Below, one piece after another: positions 1-12,790 of a DNA stretch of 64,000 nucleotides (the first letter of the stretch is position 1; each line of letters opens with the position of its first letter). This DNA comes from the human T2T-CHM13v2.0 reference genome, Homo sapiens. Under the pieces are notes generated by a model. That model saw only the letters and a program-made list of their open reading frames with translations, did no database searches and was not told the origin of the DNA. Location of the stretch: NCBI RefSeq assembly GCF_009914755.1, contig NC_060932.1; one strand, written 5' to 3'. The translations under genes were made by a program, and so were the position numbers.

Positions 1-109
1 GGGGTCTCTTTTCTATGACTCCAAATTTCGTGTTATTTTCTCTCCTCCTTACTGTCGCTTATAATTTAATGTGATAAGTTTCAAATATACACAAATCTAA
101 TATTTTATA

Positions 110-312
110 TCTAGAATTACAGGGAGGGAGTGCCTAATTCTGCTTTGGGAACATTGGAAGACTTCACTAAGAAAATGACATTTGCTTTGAGTTTTGAAAG
201 ATGAGCAGAAGTTGACTCAGTGGAGATGGGAGATGGGTTGGGGATGGCAGAGGGAACAGTGTGTGCAAAGAGATAGAGTGAAAAGGGGGCAAAGTGTTTC
301 AGGAACTGAAAT
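110..312 (-). mobile_element. L2 LINE fragment
   Basis: Resembles antisense L2 (ggaagacttcactaagaaaatgacatttg...ggcagagggaacagtgtgtgcaaag). Confidence 0.65.
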
Positions 313-1224
313 CATGCCACTTACCTCATTTGTGTAACACTGATTAATGTATAAACTGCTGAAACATTTCAGGTCACATTTCTCCTATAGACACAATTAT
401 ATCTTGATTGTACGTTTTCTGGAGCTCCAGTCTAGTCTCATCATTCCATCTACTGGGCTATGGAGGATCATCTTTGAGATCAGGCGGCATCTCAGCAAGT
501 GGCTTGGTTGACTTTGACTTTGGCAGCCTTGACTAACTCAGTGGAAAAGGGGTTTTCTACATTTACCTCCATTCATGTTATTGTCTACAATGTTTTGCTC
601 CTCACTTGCAATAGAAGAAAGAAAGTTAGTCAAGAGCACAGCTGGTGGCAATTTTGCTCTGAATTCAGAGGTTGTGGAGCAAACAGGAAATTTCATGCTG
701 CAGCCGTGGTGGAGGCCAACTGAGCTTTAGTGACTTACATGGTGTGTCCACAACCTGCTTCCCGTGAAATTGCCTATAAGCATGGACAACCTGGGAAGCT
801 GCGGCTGAGCTGCTTCTCTAGAAGCCTCTCTGGATTTCATAACTAGGCTCCTTCTAGCATTTAGTAAAACTGTACTCTCCTATGCCTTAGATTGACTGAA
901 CTTGGCCTGTGCCCTATTTTAAAAGTCAGCTGGGCTTCTAAAGCATGAGAGTAGGCAGTCCATGGAGAGTCGTCTTCTCCCATCGTAAAGATTCAGGAGA
1001 TCTCTCAACTCCTGGCAAGGAGTATGCTGTGTTCCTGGCTGAACGAACTCACTTACCTCAGTCTAGAACTTAACCTGAGGCACGCACACCTTTGGTAATG
1101 TTTGTGATTCTAATGATGTCTAAACTGATCCTCCTGGCCTGGTGTCAGCCACTTGTGAGAATCTCACACTCCATTTAGACTCAGGAGACCTACTTCTCAT
1201 CCAGAATATTTTCCTAAAAAAAAT

Positions 1225-1300
1225 AAACTTCATCCTGTGTCAAATGAAAGGGTCAAACTCAACAATCACTAAGGTCCTATCAGCTCTAGAATGTTCTAAT
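1225..1300 (+). mobile_element. MIR (MIR3-like) 3' fragment
   Basis: aaatgaaagggtc...atcactaaggtcctatcagctctagaatgttcta resembles the MIR3 3' end. Confidence 0.5.
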
Positions 1301-2489
1301 TTATCTTATTCTAGCTTTGCTGGAAGTTGAGACCAGCTGTTTACTCTCATTAAGAGAGAGTCTCACTCTCCCATTATCATTCTAGAATGTCTTAAGCTCC
1401 CATATCCTCATCTTAGCTTTTGCTCTTTGCTCCACTAAAGCAAATCTCCATTTATTTGGCCTTTTCTCAGAGGGACAATTTTCCCAAACATATCATCATC
1501 CATGTAGACATGGAACCTTTTGGGACCCTCTCTAAGGTCTTTACATCATCCTGCAATTGTACCTTCCAAGCAGAACACCAATACAAGCTTAACTGGAGTG
1601 GGATGATGTGGTTGGGTATGGATACAGTCAGATTCTGCCTTTCCAAGCCTTGCTTCTGTGAGAGCTAAACAATTTCAGGGAGCTTGCAGCCCACTGTCAT
1701 CTGCAGTTGGGTTCATTTAGAGTAGAGGCCACGTTAGCTGTATTATAAACATGGTGGCCAACAATGAATGGCCTGGACTCATTCTCCTCTTGGCTTGTGC
1801 AGAGAGAGGCCAGTCAGGTGGCTTAGAGACGTTGTTGGCAGGAACCATCACTGCCTCTATTTGGGAATGAAGGACCATAAATGGTGGCTGCCTTCCAAAC
1901 TGCCAATAAATAAGTAAATATAGAGAGTGTTGACATTGGTCTCCCTGCCAAACACCAGTCTGCTTCTATTCTCATTTTGGGGGAAACGAAAGAGAGAAGG
2001 ATTATTGAATAGGCTTTTGAGAAGTAGCCTCAGTTCTACTTGGAATCTCTTCCCTTTTTGGAAACATTTCAGTCGGCTTTCTGGCCCTTATTGGAGAGAG
2101 AGACAATTCTGTCAAACATGAGATTGTGTTAGCTTATTCATAATAATGATCAGCAATAGGCTGAAATTGAGCCACTTCTAAGGTTGAACTGTTGTCAACA
2201 GATACTTCAGCTATAGTTTGGAATAACAGCTTAGCCCCTGAGAGGGAGGGTGTGAATTTAGCATGCAGCCAACTCCAAGACAGTTTAAGGTGCTGGCCAA
2301 GCACGTGGCACTTTAGGAATACTCAGCTTTGGGGCTCAACTTCCTCTCAGCCCACAGATTTACCAGGTTTTTAACCCCTGCCTCCTGAGTTAGAAGGTTT
2401 TGTGAATTGATTCAGTCTGAAGTTGGACAACATGGCAGCATGTTTCTCAGCATGGAAGGCATTGAGAAGACATAGCTTGCTTACTTTTG

Positions 2490-2563
2490 CATGCCTCATG
2501 CTTAACATGGTGTCTGTCACATCAAAGGCACTTCATATCTACTTGTGCAATGGATGAATGAAT
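2490..2563 (+). mobile_element. L2 3' end
   Basis: gcttaacatggtgtctgtcacatc...tggatgaatgaat is a typical L2 terminus. Confidence 0.55.
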
Positions 2564-3014
2564 TTAGAGATGCTTTGCTTCCTCTCTGCTGTTATCAATA
2601 ATCTCAGACTGTTCCTGTATTTTGAATTACTCCAGAGCCACACTCTAGGATATCTGAAGTTTAGGATTTGGCTCTTTCACATGCTTCTGTTGCCACCTAC
2701 CCATGTCCAACTATCTTCTCCTTAACACCTACCCCACCAGCATGATGGAGGGCTCTCTATAAAGGCTCTCCTAGCCCATGCTGCACACACTTTTTCCTGT
2801 TCTGAAGCATGTCTCTAGAAATTCTACACACTTGCTTCCCCCCTTTAAAAAAATCATTTCACTCCTTTCCTGTTCCTTTTCCCACTTCTCTTGAGAACTT
2901 TCAAGAGCCTGCAGTATAAACAGCTCTAAATGAGAAAATCTGACTGAGAAACTGAGGAAAGAGAAGGCCAAGGGCCAATGGAGGAGTCGGGCACAATAAC
3001 TTCTCTTTTCATGA

Positions 3015-3419
<405 letters not shown>

Positions 3420-3486
3420 TCCATGGTTGTTTTGACAGCTGAAGTGCAAAGGAATTAATTTTTCTATTTTATGTTATTTTAAAAAT

Positions 3487-3773
3487 AATTTTACCTTTTA
3501 TTTTAGATTCAGGGAGTACATGTATAGGTTTGTTACATGGGTATATCGCATGATACTGAGTTTTGAGTTATGAATAACCCTGTCACCCAAGTAGTGAGTA
3601 TAGTATCCAATAGTTATTATAGTTTTTCAGCCCTTTCCCCTCTTTCTTACTGGCCCCTACCCCCAGTAGTCCCCAGTGTCTACTGTTCCCATCTTTATGG
3701 CCATGTGTACCCAATGCTTAGATGCCACTTATAAGTGAGAACATGTGGTATTTTGTTTTCTGTTCCTGTGTTA
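3487..3773 (-). mobile_element. L1 3' end (L1PA15/16- or L1PB-like), 5'-truncated
   Basis: ttttagattcagggagtacatgt...ccacttataagtgagaacatgtggtatttt is antisense L1 3'UTR. Confidence 0.85.
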
Positions 3774-5383
3774 GACATTAACCCTTTAAGTCAAAGTCTT
3801 CTATAGTTTAGTTACTGCTTTTCTTCAAAGTGTGATTTATTATTCACCTCTTAAGGCATGAGTGTCAGAGCACATTCACACGCACACACACTGGATGCTA
3901 CTGGGTTTTTTACGAGTTTAGACATGACCGATTTCCCTGCACATCCTCACGGCATCTGAATAACCCAAGACTTCCTACTAATGGTTTCAAGAGGAGACTT
4001 TCAGGTAATTAGGGAGATTCTGTTTTCCAAGAAAAGCTCTTCTTTTCAGAAGTCTGATTCCAAGGAGTTGTAGATGATTGCTTCATTTTGGGAGCTGGTA
4101 TAGTTTAACGAGCAGCTTATGCCACACTGATCTCTAGCATATTTGTATCGACAAGGAGACACAAGCCTGCATGATTGTGGTTTTTTCCCTAGGTTCCTAA
4201 TAGACCTTTGTTATTTATATTTTTAATTGTGTGAAAGTACCTGAAAGCTTAGTGGCAAAGAAGACAGTTGTAAAAAATTGAATAAATAAATACATTTAAA
4301 AAAATCCAAGTTAGTGATGTCTGACTTCCTCTATTCATGTTATTGCTACTCTTGTTGCTTTTTGGTTTTTGTTTTGCTTCTTGACTGTTGTTGTTTTCCA
4401 GGAAAGCTGTCATTTATCGTGAGAACAAGAGCAGCCATGTGTTGATTTTTCTGGATTCTTTTTGGATACTATCCCAGTGCTAATGAAGGCCCTTCCAAAG
4501 TGCTAAAGAGCTGGTGCCAAAATCAGTTACGCTGAAAACAATAGAGAGTGGTACACAGACAGCATATATATACCCGTATATGTATACGCACGCCTCGATA
4601 TCTGAATTAATACGTGTGTGTGCACCTCCCTCTGTTTATGCAAATATACACACGCATCTGTGCAAACACATAATGTGTGCGCCGGAGCTACACTGAGGAG
4701 AATGTGACGGCTGCATTTTAATAAAAGGACTTTTTATAGCTGCTTGCAGAAAATTTTTCTTTGATCAAGGGATGAGCAAAGTTTCTAAATGTTGCAGCGC
4801 CCGAATTTGTCAGTTTGGAAGCTACTAAAAATGTACTTTCATCAGTTAAAAAATTTAGGGAGGAAAATAAATATTATAGATAGTATTTGTTTTACTAGGA
4901 GATGAGGATACTACTACAAGAAGCACCTGGAAAGTGCTTAGCATAGGCTTGGTTGCTGTGCTTATATTAACAAATTCTTTAACATGGATGTTTGCGTACT
5001 TTAGAGGTAGTTTATTAGCTGAAAGAGGGGACATTTTGTAGCTGGGCTCTCTGTGCCCTCAATAGATTTTCCCTGCCTTTCTCCCAATGTGTAATTATTC
5101 TGTCCTCAATTTGTTTACACAGCTTGGAGACGGGGACAGAGTTCTCTGGCGACCATGCAGCGGCGTGCAATCGCCCTAAAGAGAAACATTTAGAAGCGAT
5201 AAAACCTAAATGCCCTGCCATGCACCATTACATCCCACAGTTATTCAAATTTAGTAAGTTAAATTAAATAATATCAAATAACTTGATTTCGGGGCTTTAA
5301 AAATTCATCTCTATGGTGCCCAGTAGTCAATTTCCTTTATTATTATTGTTCATCAAGTAGGATTTATGTTTTTTATGAATCAG

Positions 5384-5424
5384 GATCCTCGCCTGCGCCA
5401 TCCGCAGCGCTCGTGGCGGGCCCG
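5384..5424 (+). other. Candidate short exon ending at a consensus splice donor
   Basis: CCG|GTGAGT at 5422-5430; possible acceptor ttttttatgaatcag ending at 5383, or a first exon. Confidence 0.35.
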
Positions 5425-5439
5425 GTGAGTCGCAGCTCG

Positions 5440-5458
5440 GAGCGCCATCTACCGGCTG
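5440..5458 (-). promoter_or_regulatory. CTCF motif
   Basis: Minus strand reads CAGCCGGTAGATGGCGCTC, fitting the core CCRSYAGRKGGCRC. Confidence 0.7.
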
Positions 5459-6588
5459 TTTTCTGCACGGCCGCCGGGAGGCTGCGCGCCGGCCCCAGGG
5501 TGGGGGAGAGGCCCAGGGAGCCAGGACGGCCCAGCGCGCTGGCCCTGAAAACATCAGAGACAGGACAGAGCTCTCAGCCGCTGTGCTCACAGCTTCTTTG
5601 GTCTCGGTCACTGGGGGTCCGCCTGAAGTCGCAGGGAGAAGCCGGAGAGACTGGCTGCTGAGGCTGGAGGAGTTTTTCTTCTGCTGCAAAGCTGACACGT
5701 GTGGTGGTGGTGTTCCGCGCCTCCCGTTCTTCTTTATAAAAGCCCAGACATCCAATTAAACTGCTGTGTCCCGGCGTATCTGGGAAGCCATTCCTGCATG
5801 ACTCAAAGCCTTTCTCTGCTCTCGCACATTCCTGTTAGACGAGGACACTGGATGTTTAGGCACAGTAGCTGCTGATGCCAAAAAGTCCCCCAGGGAAAGA
5901 CAATGATAAATTTTGTCATGTGTTATGTTTTTAAAAAGTATTTTACTTCCAGGGAAATCTTTTCCCTTTAACATTTCTGAAAAGGAGTTGAATTCTGGTG
6001 TGGTGGGGGCAATGGCAAGCCATTGGTTTTCTTAGTGGCAGGTTTCCATTTACGCTTAATTTGATTGTAGTTTAGCAAATAAACAACCATCAGACAATGG
6101 CAGTGTGTGTTGAAGGAAGGAAATCCCTTCAAAGCAAAGTTAAACTATTCCCTAATTCAAACCTCTCTGGCACCTTTGTTTGATCTATCTTGCTTCAGTA
6201 AAGTTCCATGAGTGTGACACTTAGAAGTTTGCTCACATTTTCAAGTAATATCATAATCCGAGCATCCCAACAGGGCATCCAAGAAATTCCTTTTCTTCTC
6301 TAAGCTTCTAAACAGAGTGCTCAGCATGGATATGTGTGTCTGAAAGTGCCTTCCAACTGATCAGCTGTCTCCTCTCTCTCTCCCCCCAGTCAAGTGTTTC
6401 AACATAGCAACAGATGGTGTTTTAAGCTTTTTGCTGAGTTTAGTATGGTCTTTTTTTGCTTTCCCAGGAGGACTGTGGTGATAAGTCCACTCTGCCATTA
6501 ATGAGTTCAAATGAGATGGTACAACTTTCTCTTAGAAATTAAACTAACTTCACTGAGTCCCATGATTTAGTGTTGTTAATGCATTTTT

Positions 6589-6909
6589 CTTTCTGTTTTT
6601 CTTTTCTTTTTTTTCTTTCTTTTTTTTTTTTAGACAGAGTCTTGCTGTCACCCAGGCTGCAGTGCAGTGGCGTGATCTCTGCTCACTGCAACCTCTGCTT
6701 CCCGGGTTCAAGCAATTCTCTTGCCTCATCCTCCTGAGTAGCTGGGATTAGAGGTACGTGCCACCACGCCCGGCTAATTTTTTGTATTTTTAGTGGAGAT
6801 GGGGTTTCACCATGTTTGCCAAGCTGGTCTTGAACTCCTGACCTCAGGTGATACTCCTGCCTCGGCCTCCAAGTGCTGGGATTACAGGCATGAGCCACCA
6901 TGCCCAGGC
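6589..6909 (-). mobile_element. AluS, full length
   Basis: Dimeric Alu; TSD gttaa(t/a)gcattttt at 6575-6588 and 6910-6923. Confidence 0.95.
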
Positions 6910-7763
6910 GTTAAAGCATTTTTCAAAAGGAGTTCTCCTTCCCTTTCCTTAAAAGTAAACCTCTCTCTCTACCTTATACCATCACTCTATAGTTTCCAGG
7001 CATTTTCTTCAGATGTTTGTGCAGAAAAGAAATGTAAGAAAAAAGTTGCCAGACTGGAAGCAAAATCACACAATTTATATTTATTTTGCATGTGTTAGGT
7101 TACAAATCTCTGGAGATTTTAAGATCATTCTACTCTTCAAGCAAGAGTCAAAACTAAGTAACATCCTCCATTTGACTTAAGAGGAACAGAGTGAATCATG
7201 CTAGAAGGTCTTTTTTCTGAGACTGCATTTACCAAAGAAAATCCAATTCTTAAAGGACCTCCAGAGAGCCTTCCTCCTTGTTGTTCAGTGGTGTGAGGAA
7301 AGATCAGAGACTCTTTTGCTAGGCTGTTGAAGTTCGAGGTGAAATCATCTTTTCTTCACTTGTTAACTGAAGGCAAACCCTTCGAAATATCCTGGCCTTG
7401 TTGTTCATGTTGTTTTTGCATTTTTATCATCAGGGTCACTTTTGTTATAGATTTGTCATAGTGTGGATCAACCTGCATTCTTGTCAGGGTTTGCAAGCCT
7501 CCCTGCCAACGTGCTGATCCGGTGCCTGTCCTGGAGTTACCCACCTCATCCTGGTCTGTCTTTCTTAGAACAATGACTTTCTAGCTCTAGCCTAATACAA
7601 TAATTTGTTTGGTGGTTTAAAGGAGTTGGCCAAGAAACACAGGCAAGAGCTAGCATTCCCAAACTTAATCCTTAATCTGTTTGTCTTACTTGTTTATGGA
7701 GAAAAACAGAAACAAAATCACCCTAAGATTGTGCTATCTGAAACCAAAACACCTCCAGGAAGA

Positions 7764-8200
7764 TGTTCCAGGCTGAATGTCCCACCCCCCTTCCCTCCCC
7801 CTGCTACCCCTCCAATTCACATGTTGAAGTTCTAATGCCCAGTACCTCAGAATGAGACTGTGTTTGGAGACAGGGTCTTTATAGAGGTACTTAAGTTAGA
7901 ATAAGGTTATTAGGGTGGGCTTTATCCAATATGGTGAGTGTTCTTATAAGAGGAGGAAATTTAGATACAGACACGAGCAGAGGGAAGACCCTCTTCATGA
8001 GAAGACACAGAAAGCAGACAGCCATCTAAAGCCAAGGAGAGAGGCCTGGAATGGTATTTCTCTCACAGTTCTCAAGAGGAACCAACCTTGCCTACACCTT
8101 GATTTTGGACTTCCAGCCTTCAGAACTGTGAGACAATAAATGTCTGCTGTTTAAGTCACACAGTCTGTGACGCTTTGTTATGGCAACCCCAGCCCTAGCT
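7764..8200 (+). mobile_element. MaLR solo LTR (MLT1B-like)
   Basis: aattcacatgttgaagttctaatgcccagtacctcagaatg...cagaactgtgagacaataaatgtctgctgtttaag. Confidence 0.85.
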
Positions 8201-10814
8201 GAGGTGAGGGAATTAATTCAGTCATCCATATATTTTGATATTCCAAAATAACTTCCATTATTTAGAAGAGCCTGCAGGCAGGGAGATGTGGTGTGCTTTG
8301 GGAATTCCTTGATGGTGCATTAAACGAGGCCCTTGGAAGATTCCAGCCTGGCCCTGCCCAACTTAGCTGCTGAATCCTCCGCAAACCATAAGGTAGTACT
8401 GAAGTCTGTGGAGCGCTACTGCCATGTGTAAACCATGGCTAATCATAGAAATAACTTGTCTTCTATTTAGCTTCATGTACCTGGACACAAAAAGCACTTT
8501 CCTGGTGAGAAGCTAACACTTGAAGAACATAGGGTTTTGTGCACCTCTTTTGCAACTCCTTAACATGATTTGGAACAGAGTTAAACTCTGTGGACCTGCA
8601 AATTTAACTCCAGAGGTATTACCACACCTGTCTATGCCACCCAGACAGAAGGCTCAGGTGAGAGCTTTCTGCTTGTGCACTTGAAAATTGAGGCCTCATC
8701 AACAAATCCTCTTTATGAAACTTGCCTGATTAGTCTTTCCATCGTTGCAGCTGTTTCCATCAATGCAGTGTCCCTTTAAGAACCTGCAGGATTACTAATG
8801 GATACAGGTCATGGTGACAGACTTAAGTAAACCTTCAGCAATAAACAATCATGTTGAGTTTTCATATGATTACCATCATCTCATGCCTATCCCAATAGGG
8901 CGAAGAATGCATGAAGGAAATGAACATGATGGATCATATACATCATACTGTCATCCCCCAAGAGTGAGACAAACAGTATCTTGAGGAGGCTCACACTGTC
9001 TTCCTGATAAAAGCCAACAAGAATGTGCATTAAAATGGATCCTGTATTTTATGATAAACTATTCTCGCCCTGTGTTATATTGTGTTTTATACATATATAC
9101 ACCCCACCTTTATGGAATAAAAATGAATTCAGTGGACCTAAGGCATTTGCTCTGGGGATTTGGGAATTAAATACTGGAGGGCTAGACAATGTCAAAAATT
9201 GGAGTGGAATTAAGGAAATTAATAAAATGAGCTGTCTAATTCAAAATTATATATGTATGTCATCTTTGCTTGGGGTTCATATCTCAAGACCCTGCATAAA
9301 TTAAGTTCATGGCCTGACCCATTTAAAAATAACTCTCTTTTGCTCTTGAAGTCTTTAAGGTCAAGTTCAAGAAGTGTCAGCACTACAATGATTTACCACT
9401 TCATGCTTCCTTACTGAGTGTTATTCTCTAGCATTGGTGTGTTTTGTCTCTCCCCCTCCCCATTTGCATCAGAGAACTGATGGGCTGTGTATTTTCAATA
9501 TCCAGTGTCTGGTTAGAAGATGACAAACATCTGCATTATTTTTCATTTTTCACTTGTCATCAGGATATTTGAGGCGATATACTAAATATACTCACATGAT
9601 GTCACATGATTTAAGAATATCATTTTCCTCAAGGTAATCTCATTCTAATGTTCTCACTTAGAAACATGATTTTGTTTATTGGTGAATCGACCACTCTGTG
9701 ATAAGGTGCATTAAGCAATCAAGAGAATATTTTCATGGTTTAATAGAAAAGATCCCGATGTTTTTCCTATCTGAATGGTCCTTGAGATGAATGTGGTGTA
9801 AAAATATGATACATTTCCCTGCTTCAGAAGCAGCTCAGAAATCTACGTGTAATGATGGGCTAACAGCTGCAAACACAAGGTGACATCTTTAAAGATAAGG
9901 ACACTGAGGTATTGATTAGACAAATCTATTTGGCAAGGCAGCAGTGATGTATAGATAGTGGAAGGGGATGTCGGGAGGAATCTGTGAATGCACATATTAG
10001 AAAATATCTTGCACCGTTCATAAATAATAACGATTATAATAAAGGCTCTCCCAGTGGTTTAAGGATCCGAGTAATATGAATTGATTGTTAACATTTCACT
10101 TTAAAGATAGATTAATTAATGCTGAATCATACGGTAATTCTTATGAAAGTACTGTACATGTGACATCGAAATTAATACCAAATGAATTCATTACAAGTGA
10201 GATAATTACAATGAATACCCAATAAATTAGCCACGACAGGACATTTAGAATTCTAGGCATTAAAGTATTGAGAGTAGTAGCAAATGCCCTGGCCACTGCT
10301 GAGGTGTCAGGTCACCTCAAACTTAATTGGGTAGGTTCCTGGGCCTTTCAATGTGAGTTTCCTTCTGGTTGGGTATGGGAAGGGCCATGTTGGCTGTGCT
10401 GGCTCAGATAAGCTGACAGTGGCTATGGTGGTCACTGGGCCCTTCTATGGGGATGGGTTGTTGCCACAGTCTCCTTAGCAAACTGTTACCAATGAAATGC
10501 TGATGATCCCAAGCAAACCACTAGGACTCGGTGAACAAAGAACTTGCAAAGATTCTCCAGCTGAGGTTCTGCTTGGAGCACAGAGAGCCAACTCCTTTGG
10601 TGGATCTTCTTATCCTTGCTGTCTGCTGCCATATTCTTACTGTCTGCTGGAGCTTCCTCTGGCCTACAAGGGCATTTTGTAAAACTCTCTCATTTTGGAT
10701 AGGTTTGTGCTGGAATGCAGAGAAGTCAAGGGACTTCCCCAAGAACACACATCTGTAAATCCCCAGCCTAGGGTTCTTGTTTCTAAGCAATCTGACTAGG
10801 AGACAACAATAAAC

Positions 10815-11010
10815 ATAATAGCTAATGTTTATTAAGCAAGTAACACAAGCCAAATGTTGTGCTGAATGTCATATGTGTGTCTTCATACAACTCCCTGAGG
10901 GAGATGGTAACTCTATTTTGCAAACAGTCCACACAAGTTGAGTAACAAGTGCAAGGTTACCTAGCATGTGAGAGGAGGGTTGAGGACTCTAACCCAGGTT
11001 TATTTGTCAC
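10815..11010 (-). mobile_element. MIR
   Basis: gctaatgtttattaagc...gtaacaagtgcaaggttacctagc, antisense MIR core. Confidence 0.6.
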
Positions 11011-11353
11011 CATCACTTGGCTTTCCGGCAGCCGTGAGGTTCCACCTGGTGTCGGTGAGGCATGGTCTCCTGCCAAAGTCTGGTTTACTGCGAGTTCCCT
11101 GCAGCCATCCCAGAAAACTGGGTCAACTGTGGGAGAAGAACAGAGGGAGGCGGGGCAGAGATGCAGCTTCTGGGATGTGAGCAGGTGAGTGGGAGAGAGG
11201 CTGCCCCTTCTCATCGAGGGTTTGAGAATCAGGCCTTCCTTTTCTGCTTCCTTAACCCCTTTCTGCCCAGGGATGGTAGAACCTCGAGACGAATGGGACC
11301 TGCTAACAGGGAGCCCAGGCGATGGGCTGCTTTCCACCTGAGAAACAAATTTC

Positions 11354-11512
11354 TTTTTTTTTTTATTAATTTTTTTATTATATTTAAGTTATGGGGTACA
11401 TGTGCAGAAAGTGCAGTTTGTTACATAGGTATACAAGTGTCATGGTGGTTTGCTGCACCCATCAACCCAAGGTCTACGTTAGGTATTTCTCCTAATGCTA
11501 TCCCTCCCCTAG
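11354..11512 (-). mobile_element. Very short 5'-truncated L1PA (PA7/8-like)
   Basis: PolyT plus L1 3'UTR; perfect 14-bp TSD gagaaacaaatttc at 11340-11353 and 11513-11526. Confidence 0.92.
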
Positions 11513-12429
11513 GAGAAACAAATTTCAATTGTGTTAAGTCACAGAAACATTGGGGCGTATTAGTTCCCTAAACTAAAATGGGAGGTACACAACAAGGATG
11601 CAGGTCTTGGGTGGCTTTAGTTCCTGCTTGGCTCCATCAGGGTGATTTTATAGCTCCTACACGTTGCGTCAGGATCTGTGACAGTTTTCTGGGAGGAAAG
11701 GCCGCCCTACAGCCATCCCTTATGTAGAAAAGTCGAGGTGTGTTGCATCTCAGGCATCCCTGCAAGAGTCCCAGGCGCCACTGGAGGCCTCCGTGAAGCT
11801 CTGGCCCAGCCGGCCTCTGCACCCTGTGGGCTGATGCTGCCATTTGGCAGCCAGTGGACTAGGCACACCCTGGTGGGGATGGCCATGTGTTGACCACACG
11901 AGCCTCACTGGTAAGGCTCTGGGAATCAGACCAGAACACTCAATAGAAGTAGGAAGAGGGCTTTAAAACATTTAATTCAGAAATAATTTTAGTGTTAAAC
12001 AGAAGAACTGTTTCTCTCCATGGAACTTAGATCACTGCAGGAGAGAAGGGAAAGAGAAGGTGGCAGCGGGGTGGGGGGGCGCAAATCCTGAATCAGCTGA
12101 ATCTATCCTAAAATGTTTGAAAAACAAATCTAGAATCGATGAAGTTATGAACTGGCAAGACTACATTTTGCAACATTAATGGAGATGGGGGCTAGAGAGA
12201 TAATTGTTTGGTTATAGGGAAATAAAGGCGACTGCATCTTTGCACACATGGGCATATTCTACACACTCTGTGTTCAGACCCTGCAGTGTAGCACTGGTTA
12301 ATACTGGGCAAAGCTCAGTCTCCTTCAGGCTTCTATTAATAGATGATTGTGACATTGTAACACTGGGACAGGAATCTGCCCAGCAATGCAGTTTGTGCCG
12401 AGAAGGTGGCTGTGGACAGGTGGCTGTGG

Positions 12430-12500
12430 TCATTTATTCATCCAACCAGTATTTATTGAGCCCATATTATGTGCCAGGCATCAGGGTTTCCAAGGTGCTG
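12430..12500 (-). mobile_element. L2 3' end
   Basis: catttattcatccaaccagtatttattgagcccatattatgtgccaggca. Confidence 0.65.
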
Positions 12501-12597
12501 AGAAAATCCCTGCCTAAAAGGATGACTTTTTTACTACCTAAAATTCCTTATATTCCTAAATACTTTGCTGAGGTCAGCCACCACGAGGGAGACAGGC

Positions 12598-12790
12598 AGA
12601 ACAGTAGAAAGGTGTAGGTTTGGGAGTCAGGCCACCTGGGACCAAATCACAGCTGAGTTTGTAAATTTGGATGAGTTATGAACTCTCTTAGGGCTTCGCT
12701 TTCCTCATTTGTAAAATGAAGATAATAAAAATACCTATTTCAGTGCAGTGTTGTTGTGAGGATTAAGTGAGACAATTTATTGAACCTCCA
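12598..12790 (+). mobile_element. MIR
   Basis: ctttcctcatttgtaaaatgaagataataaaaatacct...gttgtgaggattaagtgaga, MIR core. Confidence 0.8.

Larger units (their letters stand above)
5130..5830. promoter_or_regulatory. CpG-rich island; candidate promoter/enhancer
   Basis: Dense CpGs at 5388-5780 in non-repeat DNA; TATAAAAG 5735-5742; CACGTG 5696-5701; CATTCCT (TEAD) 5789-5795; TGACTCA (AP-1) 5799-5805. Confidence 0.7.

Noticed and set aside
5327-5755. 142-aa ORF across the CpG island
   Set aside because: Low-complexity product expected from GC-rich DNA; no family resemblance. Could only be rescued by Ribo-seq or conservation.
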